In this document: one piece after another, positions 13,501 through 25,045 of the stretch
Numbering within the stretch: position 1 is the stretch's first letter
Layout of the letters: each line of letters opens with the position of its first letter
From: Macrostomum lignano
Taxonomy: Eukaryota
Assembly: GCA_002269645.1 (NCBI GenBank)
Contig: NIVC01001921.1
Location: 1 to 64,000, forward strand
Direction of reading: 5' to 3'
Length of the DNA: 64,000 bases
Translations under genes and position numbers: made by a program
The notes under the pieces: model-generated
Told to the model about the DNA's origin: nothing
Databases searched by the model: none
What the model saw: only the letters and a program-made list of their open reading frames with translations

Positions 13501-16500
13501 GTCTCTGATCCCTAGTCTCGTGTCTCTGATCCCTAGTCTCGTGTCTCTGATCCCTAGTCTCTTGTCTCTGATCCCTAGTCTCGTGTCTCTGATCCCTAGT
13601 CTCTTGTCTCTGATCCCTAGTCTCGTGTCTCTGATCCCTAGTCTCGTGTCTCTGATCCCTAGTCTCTTGTCTCTGATCCCTAGTCTCGTGTCTCTGATCC
13701 CTAGTCTCTTGTCTCTGATCTCTAGTCTCTTGTCTCTGATCCCAAATCTCTGGACTTCTGTCTTCTGCTAAGCTTTGATCCGAATCGCAGTTTTCATGGC
13801 TAATAACAGTGGTTTGAAGTAGAATTCTCTGTCTTCAAAATCGAACTTGAAGCTTTGATGAAAAAATAAAATTCTTTATTCTCAAAAAATTCGTTTTTTG
13901 GGCCCTTCTCGTCCTGCGACTCGCCTGACACCCATGAAAGCGGCGACTCGATTCACCGAGAAGGCACAGCAGTTGGAAACTCGCTTTATTTGTTTTCAAC
14001 CGGCGAATTCACCCCAGCAAGCCAGAGCTGACATTGCATCTGTGGCTGGCATTGCTGATTTCTGGGTGGCCTGCTGGACAGATCTCTTGGGATTTGGGTT
14101 TTGGTCCCGAATTTCTAAACTTTGATCCCGAATTTATGTAATTTGATCCCGAATTTATGGCATTAGATCCCGAATTTATGGCATTAGATCCCGAATTTAT
14201 GGCATTAGATCCCGAATTTATGGCATTAGATCCCGAATTTATGGCATTAGATCCCGAATTTATGGCATTAGATCCCGAATTTATGGCATTAGATCCCGAA
14301 TTTATGGAATTAGATCCTGACTTTATGTGATTTGATCCAGAATTTATGGAATTTAATCCCGAATTTATGGCATTCGATCCCGAATTTATGTAATTTGATC
14401 CCGAATTTATAGAATTTAATCCCGAATTTATGGAATTTAATCCTAAATTTATGGAATTTGATCCCGAATTTATCTAATTTGATCCCGAAATTATGGAATT
14501 TAATCCCGAATTTATGGAATTTGATCCCGAATTTATGTAATTTGATCCCGAATTTATGTAATTTGATCCCGAATTCATGAGATTTGATCCCGAATTCATG
14601 GGATTTGATCCCGAATTAATGAGATTCGATTCCGAATTTATTGATTTTGATCCCAAATCTCTATGTTTCAATCTCAGATCCCAAATCTCTATGTTTCAAT
14701 CTCAGATCCCAAACCTCTATGTTTCAATCTCAGATTCCAAATCTCTATGTTTCAATCTCAGATCCCAAATCTGTATGTTTCAATCTCAGATCCCAAATCT
14801 CTATGTTTCAATCTCAGATCCCAAACCTCTATGTTTCAATCTCAGATTCCAAATCTCTATGTTTCAATCTCAGATCCCAAATCTCTATGTTTCAATCTCA
14901 GATCCCAAATCTCTATGTTTCAATCTCAGATCCCAAATCTCTATGTTTCAATCTCAGATCCCAAATCTCTATGTTTCAATCTCAGATCCCAAATCTCTAT
15001 GTTTCAATCTCAGATCCCAGATTTCATAACTTATTCTACAATCTTACCTTGCAATTTTAATTTGACGCCAGGTTTTCAACGACACGGAGTCTGACTACTT
15101 CATCTTCCTGCTGAGCACCCGGGCCGGCGGCCTCGGCCTCAACTTGCAGACGGCTGACACTGTGATCATCTTCGACTCGGACTGGAACCCGCACCAGGAC
15201 CTGCAGGCGCAGGACCGGGCCCACCGCATCGGGCAGAAAAACGAAGTGCGCGTTCTGCGCCTTATCTGCGTGAACTCCGTTGAGGAGCGAATCCTGGCCG
15301 CTGCCAGGTACAAGCTCAACGTTGATGAGAAGGTCATCCAGGCTGGTAAGTTGGGTTGGGGAGAGCAGACCTGAGCACAGCAGACGGAGGGGCTGATTGG
15401 AGGGCTGGATATTGAGTAGGATTGGAGGGCTGGTTATTGAGTAGGATTGGAGGGCTGGGTATTGAGTAGGATTGGAGGGATGGGTATTGAGTAGGGTTGC
15501 AGGGCTGGGTATTGAGTAGGATTGGAGGGCTGGGTATTGAGTAGGGTTGCAGGGCTGGGTATTGAGTAGAATTGGAGGGCTGGGTATTGAGTAGAATTGG
15601 AGGGCTGGGTATTGAGTAGGATTGGAGGGCTGGGTATTGAGTAGGATTGGAGGGCTGGGACTGAGTAGAATTGGAGGGCTGGGTATTGAGTAGGATTGGA
15701 GGGCTGGGTATTGAGTAGGATTGGAGGGCTGGGACTGAGTAGGGTTGGAGGGCTGGGTATTGAGTAGGATTGGAGGGCTGGGTATTGAGTAGGATTGGAG
15801 GGCTGGGTATTGAGTAGGATTGGAGGGCTGGGTATTGAGTAGGATTGGAGGGATGGGTATTGAGTAGGATTGGAGGGCTGGGTATTGAGTAGGATTGGAG
15901 GGCTGGGTATTGAGTAGGGTTAAAGGGCTGGGTATCGAGTAGGGTTAAAGGGCTGGGTATTGAGTAGGGTTGGAGGGCTGGGATTGAGTAGGGTTGCAGG
16001 GCAGGCCTGAGTCAATCCTCATCCCAAATCCGTCAGGCATGTTCGACCAGAAGTCAACTGGAGTGGAGCGGAAGCAGTTCCTCATGGCGCTGCTCGAAGG
16101 CGAGAACGACGGCGAACTGGAGGGCCTGGAGATTCACGACGACGAGACGGTGAACCAGATGCTCGCCCGCACCGAGCAGGAGTACGAAATCTACCAGGCT
16201 ATGGACAAAGAGCGGCAGCACAACGATGCCATGAACAAAGACCGGAAACCGCGACTCATTACTAATGAGGAGCTGCCGCCCTGGATTGTGCGCGACGATG
16301 TTCAAGTGAGCGACGGCCTTCCGCTGTTCGGTTTTTTAGGGATCTGGGGGTTCTTTGAGGGATCTGATTTATCATTTAGGGATCTGGGGGTTCTTTTAGA
16401 GATCTGAAGGATCTTTTAGGAATCTGAGGAATCTTTTAGGGATCTGAGGGTTCTTTTAGGGATCTGAGGAATCTTTTAGGGATCTGAGGGTTCTTTTAGA

Positions 16501-19487
16501 GATCTGAGGAATCTTTTAGGGATCTGAGGGTTCTTTTAGGGATCTGAGGGTTCTTTTAGGAATCTGAGGAATCTTTTAGGGATCTGAGGGTTCTTTTAAG
16601 GATCTGAGGAATCTTTTAGGGATCTGAGGGTTCTTTTAGAGATCTGAGGAATCTTTTAAGAATCTTAGGAATCTTTTAGGGATCTGAGGAATCTTTTAGG
16701 GATCTGAGGGTTCTTTTAGAGATCTGAAGGATCTTTTTAGGAATCTTAGGAATCTTTTAGGGATCTGAGGAATCTTTTAGGGATCTGATGGTCCATTTAG
16801 GGATCTGAAGAATCTTTTAGGGATCTAAGAATTCTATGGATCCTGTGGCAAAGTGCCACTGGACTGATCTGAGGTTGCTTGGGGGTGTAGGGTTGCGTGG
16901 GCACGTTGATTATTGCTTAAGTAGCTTGTATATGCACCTCATTGATTGCTCGTCATCACGTGTATCGTGTACTAATGTACGTCGTGCCTATTAAGTATAT
17001 ATACGGAATATATTTTAGGAATATTTTAGGAATATAAAGAATTTTTTTAAGGATCTCCAGGTTCTTTTAAAATCTGGGGATTTTTTATAGATTTGGGATC
17101 TTTGGGATTTTTTAACTTTTTGGCGTCTCTGAATTTTTCTGGATTTGGCGCCCTGGAAGATTTGGGATACTGAATAATTCTGTGGAAATCTTTTAGCTCT
17201 TAGTAATCAGTTTTTAGGATTAGCTAGCGGGAGCACAATTAGCTGACTTAGCTCATCTCACTGCCAACCCTGCCACCCCCAGGTGGACTCGAGCCTATTC
17301 GAGACGGACGAATCCGAGCTGGGATTCGGCGGCAAGCGCCAGCGCAAGGAGGTGGACTACACCGACTCCATCACTGACCAGCAGTTCCTGCGCGCCATCG
17401 AGGAGGGTGCGGACGACGACGAGGACGGCTACTATGACGACGATGAGCCGGGCCCCTCCAGCCGCGGTGGCGGCGCCTCCGGCCGGAAGCGCGGCGGCGG
17501 CAGCGGCGGCGGCGCCAAGCGGAAGAAGCGCGAGTCAACCGACCCGGAGGAGCCGCAGTCCAAGAAGCGCCGCGGCCGGCCGCCGCAGTCGTCCATAACG
17601 CCGAATCCGCCTCGGTTGACTCGGCTGATGAACCGCCTGCTGGACATCATCCTGACCTACCGGGACAGCGACGGCCGGGTGCTCAGCGAGCCCTTCGTCA
17701 AGCTGCCCAGCCGCAAGGAGCTGCCGGATTACTACGAGGTGATCCGCAAGCCCATGGATTTCGCCAAGATCCGGACGAAAATCCGCGAGCACCGCTACCG
17801 CGCCGTGGACGACCTCGTGTCCGACGTGCAGCTGCTGTGCCGCAACGCACAGATGTACAACAAAGATGGCAGCCTCATCTTCGAGGACAGTTTAGTCCTC
17901 GCCCAGGTGTGCTCAAGCGCCAGGGAGCAGCTCAAGCACGAGGAGATTGAGGCGATGCGCCCGGCCCCGCCCAGCCTCGCTGCCCCGCCACCATCTGTTG
18001 CCGCAGCTGCCGCCAGCACCGCTGCCTCGGCCTCTGCATCTGCCGTCTCGCTCGCCGCGTCTGCTTCGGCTTCGGCCCTCTCTGCTGGGCCGGATGACGA
18101 TGGTAAGTGATCGCTTTGATTACCTTTGCTAATCTCATTAATTCATCTCACTCATCAATACCATTATGGAAGCCTATTTTTTCACGTCTATTGTTCTTAT
18201 ATCACGGTTTAAGATCTTCTATTCCCAATCTCCCTGGTTCCGAAATCCCCTGTTCCCCATCCCCTGTGTTCCTGTTCCCCATCCCCTGTTTTCCTGTTCC
18301 CCAATCCCCTGTTCCCCAATCCCCTGTTCCCCAATCCCCTGTTCCCCAATCCCCTGTTCCCCAATCCCCTGTTCCCCACTCCCCTGTTCCCCTGTTTCCC
18401 ATCCCCTGTTTTCCTGTTTCCCATCCCCTGTTTCCCTGTTCCCCAATCCCCTGTTCCCCATCCCCTGTTTCCCTGTTTCCCATCCCCTGTTTTCCTGTTC
18501 CCCAATCCCCAATCCCCTGTTCCCCATCCCCTGTTTTCCTGTTCCCCAATCCCCTGTTCCCCATCCCCTGTTTTCCTGTTCCCCAATCCCCTGTTCCCCA
18601 TCCCCTGTTTCCCTGTTCCCCAATCCCCTGTTCCCCTGTTTCCCATCCCCTGTTTTCCTGTTCCCCAATCCCCTGTTCCCCATCCCCTGTTTTCCTGTTC
18701 CCCAATCCCCTGTTCCCCATCCCCTGTTCCCCATCCCCTGTTTCCCTGTTTCCCATCCCTTGTTTCCAATCTTCTGTTCCTCAATTCCCTGTTCCATATC
18801 CCTTGTTGCCAGTGGGCGGAGCAGTTCAGCGGTAAACGCGCCTGGCATTCATTTGGGTCTTGTGCACGAAAATTAGCCGCGAGTTGTTGTGCGATTCCCA
18901 TTCCTGATGATTATGGAGTCAGGGCCGCTGTGCACCCTCTGTGAGCGTGTGTATGGGTGGGTGCCTGCGTGCAGTATTGGCGCCCTTGTGTGTGGCTCAG
19001 GAGTCCGCGGAATGGCCAGAGTTGCCTCAGCGCTGGTTGTGGGGCCGTGTCGCCGAAGGCATTGCGTGCCCCACAGGCCTCCTGTGAATATGTACTTTTG
19101 TACACCAAGTCCCTATGGCACAGACTTTGCAATCTCTCAATCTACAGTTGTATTAAAGCTACTCAAAGCTACTTAAAGTAGTCTAAGTCTGGTTTTTTGC
19201 GCCTTTGTTATTCCGGGACCTCATAGGATTTTTGGCATAGTGAAAAATGATTATCATGCTATTAGCATCGATTGCGCCACGAAAAAACCCAGATGTAAGT
19301 ACAACGCATTGCTTGCTCATTACCAATTGCAGTTAGCAATGCGTCAAGCGGCAAGGTGGGCGCCAGCGGCAGCGGCGGCGCCAGCAGCGGCGGCGGCGCC
19401 ACCATCACTAAGAGGCGAATGAAGAAGACAGCGACTAGGAAGAAGTTCACCATCTCGGACGACGAGGATGGTGAAGATTTCTACTGA
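5518..19487 (+). CDS. SMARCA4: SWI/SNF chromatin-remodelling ATPase (brahma/BRG1/BRM, SMARCA2/4 orthologue), 8 coding exons
   Basis: Exons 5518-9064, 9560-10060, 10554-10783, 12518-12849, 15072-15345, 16037-16305, 17283-18102, 19333-19487, all GT-AG and phase-compatible. Domains in order: QLQ ([13 protein letters not shown]), HSA, BRK, SNF2 ATPase ([23 protein letters not shown]), helicase-C ([23 protein letters not shown]), bromodomain, acidic tail ([11 protein letters not shown]). One -1 frameshift near 12610 in exon 4. Invertebrates have one brahma gene, so the symbol only approximates the orthology. Confidence 0.96.
9110..9500. repeat. About 32-bp minisatellite in SMARCA intron 1
   Basis: Unit TATATCTTGTGCCTAGATTTAGCTAATCCGCT with variants, about 12 copies. 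Confidence 0.9.
10150..10520. repeat. (TGAT)n microsatellite in SMARCA intron 2
   Basis: Degenerate TTGA/GATT runs. Confidence 0.9.
10852..11009 (+). ncRNA. Candidate box H/ACA snoRNA, copy 1 (SMARCA intron 3)
   Basis: Hairpin CCTTCTCG/CGAGAAGG with internal loop GTCCTG(C)/(A)TTCAC, H-box ACAGCA at 10914-10919, second hairpin (CAGTGGCTC/GAGCTGCTG; CAGTGA/TCACTG), then ACA at 11004-11006; sense to the host gene. Confidence 0.65.
11120..12365. repeat. 23-bp minisatellite in SMARCA intron 3
   Basis: Unit CCCTAATCCTGAGATTTTCTTAT, about 50 copies. Confidence 0.95.
12860..13745. repeat. 21-bp minisatellite in SMARCA intron 4
   Basis: Unit GATCCCTAGTCTC(G/T)TGTCTCT, about 42 copies, starting right after the donor site. 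Confidence 0.95.
13904..14036 (+). ncRNA. Candidate box H/ACA snoRNA, copy 2 (SMARCA intron 4)
   Basis: Paralogue of the 10852 hairpin: same lower stem, same pocket strands and H-box ACAGCA (13966-13971), diverged apical loop, ACA at 14031-14033; the 3' hairpin is less clear. Confidence 0.6.
14123..14650. repeat. 21-bp minisatellite in SMARCA intron 4
   Basis: Unit GATCCCGAATTTATGGCATTA and variants. Confidence 0.9.
14650..15020. repeat. 28-bp minisatellite in SMARCA intron 4
   Basis: Unit GATCCCAAATCTCTATGTTTCAATCTCA, about 13 copies. Confidence 0.9.
15410..15995. repeat. 25-bp G-rich minisatellite in SMARCA intron 5
   Basis: Unit GAGTAGGATTGGAGGGCTGGGTATT, about 23 copies. Confidence 0.9.
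16340..16830. repeat. 20-bp minisatellite in SMARCA intron 6
   Basis: Unit GGGATCTGAGG(G/A)(T/A)TCTTTTA. Confidence 0.9.
18245..18770. repeat. 14-15-bp C-rich minisatellite in SMARCA intron 7
   Basis: Units CCCAATCCCCTGTTC / CCCATCCCCTGTTT. Confidence 0.9.
18811..19090 (+). mobile_element. Diverged member of the tRNA-derived SINE family seen at 33198, 40063 and 63495
   Basis: A-box-like AGTTCAGCGGTA at the start; body (AGGGCCGCTGT...GTGCCTGCGT...GCTCAGGAGT...GGAATGG...GGTTGTG) aligns by eye to the 40063 element. Confidence 0.55.
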
Positions 19488-20349
19488 TTCAGGGCCGATT
19501 GGTCACCCGGAATTGCTGCTTTTACATTATTAACGCATTCTTAACACATTGCAGTTATTTAACTTATAGCTATTGCACACGCTCCCCCAGCTATTCTATC
19601 CAATTTGTACATGTTTTACTCTCTGTACTATTAGTAGTGTGTCTGTACGCGTGCTCAGTGTGTGTCGCTTTATTTACAAATTATAATGCCCCCCCCCGGT
19701 TAGTGTTCACCCGTCTGTATCCCAGTTATAACTGATTAATTCTGCAAAAGGTGTAACAAATGCTTCAATTGTTTGCGATATAGTACCCATAACTGATTGC
19801 TTTATGATACTACTCTTCAAAAGTAGTAATATATATAGAGTGCGCGCTGCAGCTCAGCCAATGTGGTGCGTTTTTTGTTGCGTCTTGATTGTCATTAATT
19901 ATTACTACTGCATTAGCTTACTGTTAGTAGTAGTAAACACACATTCACTGCTTTGTAAGTTACGCTATGTTACGCCCTGGGACTTTTTTCTCTCTCTCAA
20001 GTTGACGGCTCTCAGTTTCTGTTCGTTGCAGAATTTATAAATAGTCAATATGGATATCCACTTGTGACTGTCTTTATTCCCATTGCTGTTGCATCAATTA
20101 TAGTAAAGTGTAATAATCATATTTCCCGTGTTAGCCTGGACGTTGCGAATTTTAGTTAACTTTATATAAAAATTCTGTTTAATAATTTTAATAAACTAGT
20201 GGCTGAGTTCACGGCTCGCTTTTCCAGTTTTTGTCCCTGACTGTTAAAGTGCACTGGGCCGACCGCTTTGGCCAGCACTGCTTATTATCCAAATATGAGC
20301 ACTGCTCAATCACACTTGTTTAATGCAATCTCTTTTATTGATCTATTGA

Positions 20350-20490
20350 TCTCAGTCATTCAGTGGATGCTCAGCCAGCCCTTCAGTCATTCAGTGGGTG
20401 CTTAGCCTGCTGTCTCTCAGTCATTCAGTGGATGTTCAGCCAGCCCCTCAGTCATTCATCGGGTGCTCAACCAGCCCCTCAGTCCTTCAG
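20350..20490. repeat. Short tandem repeat, about 4 copies
   Basis: CTCAGTCATTCAGTGG(A/G)TGCTCAGCCAGCC-like units. Confidence 0.7.
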
Positions 20491-20584
20491 CTGATACAAT
20501 GATGTTGAATGACAACATAATTCATCGTGTGGAAGGTCCGGAAGGTCCGTCCGCCTGATGAATGAGAAATCGGTTTGCTGCGCT

Positions 20585-22628
20585 TTAGGTTATAGAAGCC
20601 TCTGTCACACGCAGGAAATCAGTACTGTCACACAGGAAATCAGTACTGTCACACACAGGCAATCAGTACTGTCACATACAGGAAATCAGTACTGTCACAC
20701 ACAGGCAATCAGTACTGTCACACAGGAAATCAGTACTGTCACACACAGGCAATCAGTACTGTCACATACAGGAAATCAGTACTGTCACACACAGGCAATC
20801 AGTACTGTCACATACAGAAAATCAGTACTGTCACACAGGAAATCAGTACTGTCACACACAGGCAATCAGTACTGTCACACAGGCAATCAGTACTGTCACA
20901 CACAGGCAATCAGTACTGTCACACAGGAAATCAGTACTGTCACACACAGGCAATCAGTACTGTCACACACAGGAAATCAGTACTGTCACACACAGGCAAT
21001 CAGTACTGTCACACACAGGAAATCAGTACTGTCACACAGGAAATCAGTACTGTCACACACAGGCAATCAGTACTGTCACACAGGAAATCAGTACTGTCAC
21101 ACACAGGCAATCAGTACTGTCACACACAGGAAATCAGTACTGTCACACAGGAAATCAGTACTGTCACACACAGGCAATCAGTACTGTCACACACAGGAAA
21201 TCAGTACTGTCACACAGGAAATCAGTACTGTCACACGCAGGCAATCAGTACTGTCACACAGGAAATCAGTACTGTCACACGCAGGAAATCAGTACTGTCA
21301 CACGCAGGAAATCAGTACTGTCACACGCAGGCAATCAGTACTGTCACACGCAGGAAATCAGTAGTCACACGCAGGAAATCAGTACTGTCACACGCAGGAA
21401 ATCAGTACTGTCACACGCAGGAAATCAGTACTGTCACACGCAGGAAATCAGTACTGTCACACGCAGGAAATCAGTACTGTCACACGCAGGCAATCAGTAC
21501 TGTCACACAGGAAATCAGTACTGTCACACACAGGCAATCAGTACTGTCACATACAGGAAATCAGTACTGTCACACACAGGCAATCAGTACTGTCACATAC
21601 AGGAAATCAGTACTGTCACACACAGGCAATCAGTACTGTCACACAGGAAATCAGTACTGTCACACACAGGCAATCAGTACTGTCACACAGGCAATCAGTA
21701 CTGTCACACAGGCAATCAGTACTGTCACACAGGAAATCAGTACTGTCACACACAGGCAATCAGTACTGTCACACACAGGAAATCAGTACTGTCACACACA
21801 GGCAATCAGTACTGTCACACACAGGAAATCAGTACTGTCACACAGGAAATCAGTACTGTCACACACAGGAAATCAGTACTGTCACACAGGAAATCAGTAC
21901 TGTCACACACAGGCAATCAGTACTGTCACACACAGGAAATCAGTACTGTCACACAGGAAATCAGTACTGTCACACACAGGCAATCAGTACTGTCACACAC
22001 AGGCAATCAGTACTGTCACACACAGGAAATCAGTACTGTCACACACAGGAAATCAGTACTGTCACACACAGGCAATCAGTACTGTCACACAGGCAATCAG
22101 TACTGTCACACACAGGCAATCAGTACTGTCACACAGGCAATCAGTACTGTCACACACAGGCAATCAGTACTGTCACACACAGGAAATCAGTACTGTCACA
22201 CACAGGAAATCAGTACTGTCACACACAGGCAATCAGTACTGTCACACACAGGCAATCAGTACTGTCACACACAGGCAATCAGTACTGTCACACACAGGCA
22301 ATCAGTACTGTCACACACAGGAAATCAGTACTGTCACACACAGGAAATCAGTACTGTCACACACAGGCAATCAGTACTGTCACACACAGGCAATCAGTAC
22401 TGTCACACACAGGCAATCAGTACTGTCACACACAGGAAATCAGTACTGTCACACACAGGAAATCAGTACTGTCACACACAGGAAATCAGTACTGTCACAC
22501 GCAGGAAATCAGTACTGTCACACACAGGCAATCAGTACTGTCACACACAGGCAATCAGTACTGTCACACACAGGCAATCAGTACTGTCACACACAGGCAA
22601 TCAGTACTGTCACACACAGGCAATCAGT
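20585..22628. repeat. 21/23-bp minisatellite, about 2 kb
   Basis: Units CAGTACTGTCACAC(AC)AGG(A/C)AAT, about 90 copies; length variants differ by one AC. Confidence 0.95.
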
Positions 22629-23779
22629 ACGCTCGTACTTTACAATCGTAAAGCTCGCAACGCACTTCGACAGCGATTTTTAGGAGATCTACTCCTGACG
22701 TCATCTGGTCAGATGGTGGAACAGTTCACTTTTGAGTCATTTAAGACGCTCCTGAAGAGATAGAAAGTCGAGCACGGAGCCTCGTCACCAACGTATGCTC
22801 CGCGAAATAATGGTAGGGCAGCATCTGCAGTAACAGAAATTAAGAAACTGCTGCGAGGATCATGCAACTCAGACAGACACCCTTGACTGGGACAAGGTCT
22901 GTCAGGGAAATCCTCATCTGCAATACGCCATGAGATGACGGTCGATCTCCAGCACAGATTCTTTTTAGCCATCCCATATGAGATTTACTGCCAGCTAGAC
23001 CATAGTCGAGCGTTCGCAAGAGAATGGCAAAGGGCAGCCTGGTGGAAGAGAAGGCCAACAAAGCAAGAGAGCACGTTGCAATATACCAATACTGATGCAG
23101 CCCATCCATATTTCACCATGACTACGTGGCTATCGGGCGAGCTGATATTCGATTATTGCCATAGACGATTTCATTTTAGCCCGAAACGTCCGGCCGATAA
23201 TTTACCAATACCATAGACCTTGAGGGCAGAAAGATCTTTCTATAGATAGAGCACTTTGTATGGCGGTAATAGGGAAAGCGCGGCCGCTGTTTTCGTCATT
23301 TATGCGAAAAGAGCCGACATGGATTGCTTCAATTTTGAGTTCAGTAGCTTAGGGACATAGACGCTATTTTTGAGAATTGAATAAAACTTCTGAATTAATT
23401 AAACACCTACTCAATTGAACTAAGAATGATGAATTCACATGAATTCACTGCAGAGACTACTAACGAAATTGAGTTCAGTAGTTGATTTACGCGCTGTAGT
23501 CTTACGAGATGCAATTTTTTACATTGGTCATTAGCTTCTATGGCCACATTAGCGGTTAATGAGTGGCCCGTCTTGTGTACGACGTATTTATGATCTTTGG
23601 TCTAACAGCGCTGCTGCTTGTACACCCATCAGTCTGGATGATGCCACACTACTGTTAAAATAAAAACCAACATCAATGCAATAACATCTTTCAGTAGACA
23701 ACATTGGTTCCTATTGCTCATTTGTGTATTTATGTCATTACAATCTGCTCAGCAACAAGAGAAACAGGCTGTGTTGTGC

Positions 23780-24080
23780 TCACTGATTGCACAGGTCATA
23801 GTCGCAGACTACAGTCTCAGTGTACCTCAGCAGGTACTCCCGAGTGACGGGCACACTGATGCAGTGCTGCACAGAGTCTCCAGCAAAAATTGGCAGCTCC
23901 GAGTGCTCCTGCAGCAGCTCCGCGCTCGCCTCGCTCAAGACGCCTTTGAAGCAGCGCCGGCCGTGCCGGGTGTCCCCGCAGGGCGTCACGCGCTCCTCCG
24001 CGGCGCCAGCGTACCGCGCATAGCAACTGATCTCGGAGGCCTCAGCAGTGAGTACTGTGCAGCCCAGAAACACCAGACAG
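23780..24080 (-). pseudogene. 5'-truncated inverted copy of the three-finger-like gene
   Basis: Identical to the 25788-26088 coding sequence but lacks the ATG and first about 12 codons of the signal peptide. Confidence 0.75.
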
Positions 24081-24780
24081 CACGTAAGTTTTTCGTGCTA
24101 TATTGTTTAATTATTAGTTTACTATATAAAAATACCATCCATCATAACGTACTAACTGGTTAATAAGTATTTCGTGTTCTTTAGTTGTCTATAGTTTACT
24201 CAATGTTTGTGCTAAAATATATTCAGTTGTTGTCTATGGCAAAAACGCGCTGCTTCTTTTACACTGAAAGGATTGAAGATTTCTTTCACATTCCTGCCCG
24301 GCAAATTGGATATGAATATACAATTAGTGTTAAAGTTAGCACGCGAGAAACAGCGTTTCACGGCCCGCTGAGTCTGTCTATGGTAAAATCCCATTTACTC
24401 CAATGCATTCAGTCGGTTTCACGGCCCGCTGAAAATGTCTATGGCAAAGTCAGAAGAAAGCGGGGTCAAGGGGCGCTAAGCCAAGGAATTCTAAATCTAG
24501 CAATTTTAGATTTAGAATTCCTTGGCTAAGCACTCTAGAGAAAGAAGGAAATCTAAGAAATTGTCTATGGCCAAAACTCCTTATTTTGTGAATCGAAAAT
24601 AGTAACTGACAGTAATCAATATCAAGCTGCAGTACTAAGCTTTATTTTCGAAATATACAAGTTGTAAAAACATTAACTAGATACTTATATGCATGAGAGT
24701 TATTTATTTATTAATGTCGGCCATAGATAATTGCAGCGGGCGAGCGCAGCGTTTCACCCCGTTTCAACACGCCCAGGCTA

Positions 24781-25045
24781 ACTATAACCTTTGAAACTGC
24801 AAGTTGTATTGCGCGGCGCATCTGAAGGCTGCGTACGGCTGTTCAGTCCAAGGACTGGGGGGTCGCCACACACACCCTCAATTACCCCAGCTAATGCTGG
24901 CACCTATTTTGCAGATGGGTGAACTGAAGCAAAGCAGAGGTAAAGAGTCTTGCTCAAGGACACAAATTGTTTCGAGTGGATCGAGAATCGAATCCCCAAC
25001 CTTTCAGCTGTGAGTCCGACGCTCTGACCACTGGGCTACAACCCC
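24781..25045 (-). mobile_element. tRNA-derived CORE-SINE (MIR-like)
   Basis: Minus strand: A box TAGCCCAGTGGTCAGAGC, B box GGGATTCGATTC, CORE-like TGTGTCCTTGAGCAAGACTCTTTACCTCT...CAGTTCACCCATCTGCAAAATAGG. Confidence 0.8.

Noticed and set aside
12854-15094. Long repetitive ORFs (LVSLIPS..., [12 protein letters not shown]...)
   Set aside because: Stop-free translations of intronic minisatellites lying between phase-matched SMARCA exons
16840-16995. Unique GC-richer island in SMARCA intron 6 with small stems, considered as a C/D snoRNA or U3-like RNA
   Set aside because: No properly placed box C and box D on the sense strand
18895-18930. CTGATGA suggesting a hammerhead ribozyme core
   Set aside because: No GAAA or stem III/cleavage triplet in the right arrangement; it is part of a SINE hairpin
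20558-22628. Regular repeat array considered as CRISPR
   Set aside because: No unique spacers and no cas genes; eukaryotic context. The same applies to all other arrays
22630-23216. Short ORFs on both strands next to the inversion
   Set aside because: No recognisable domain or consistent splice structure
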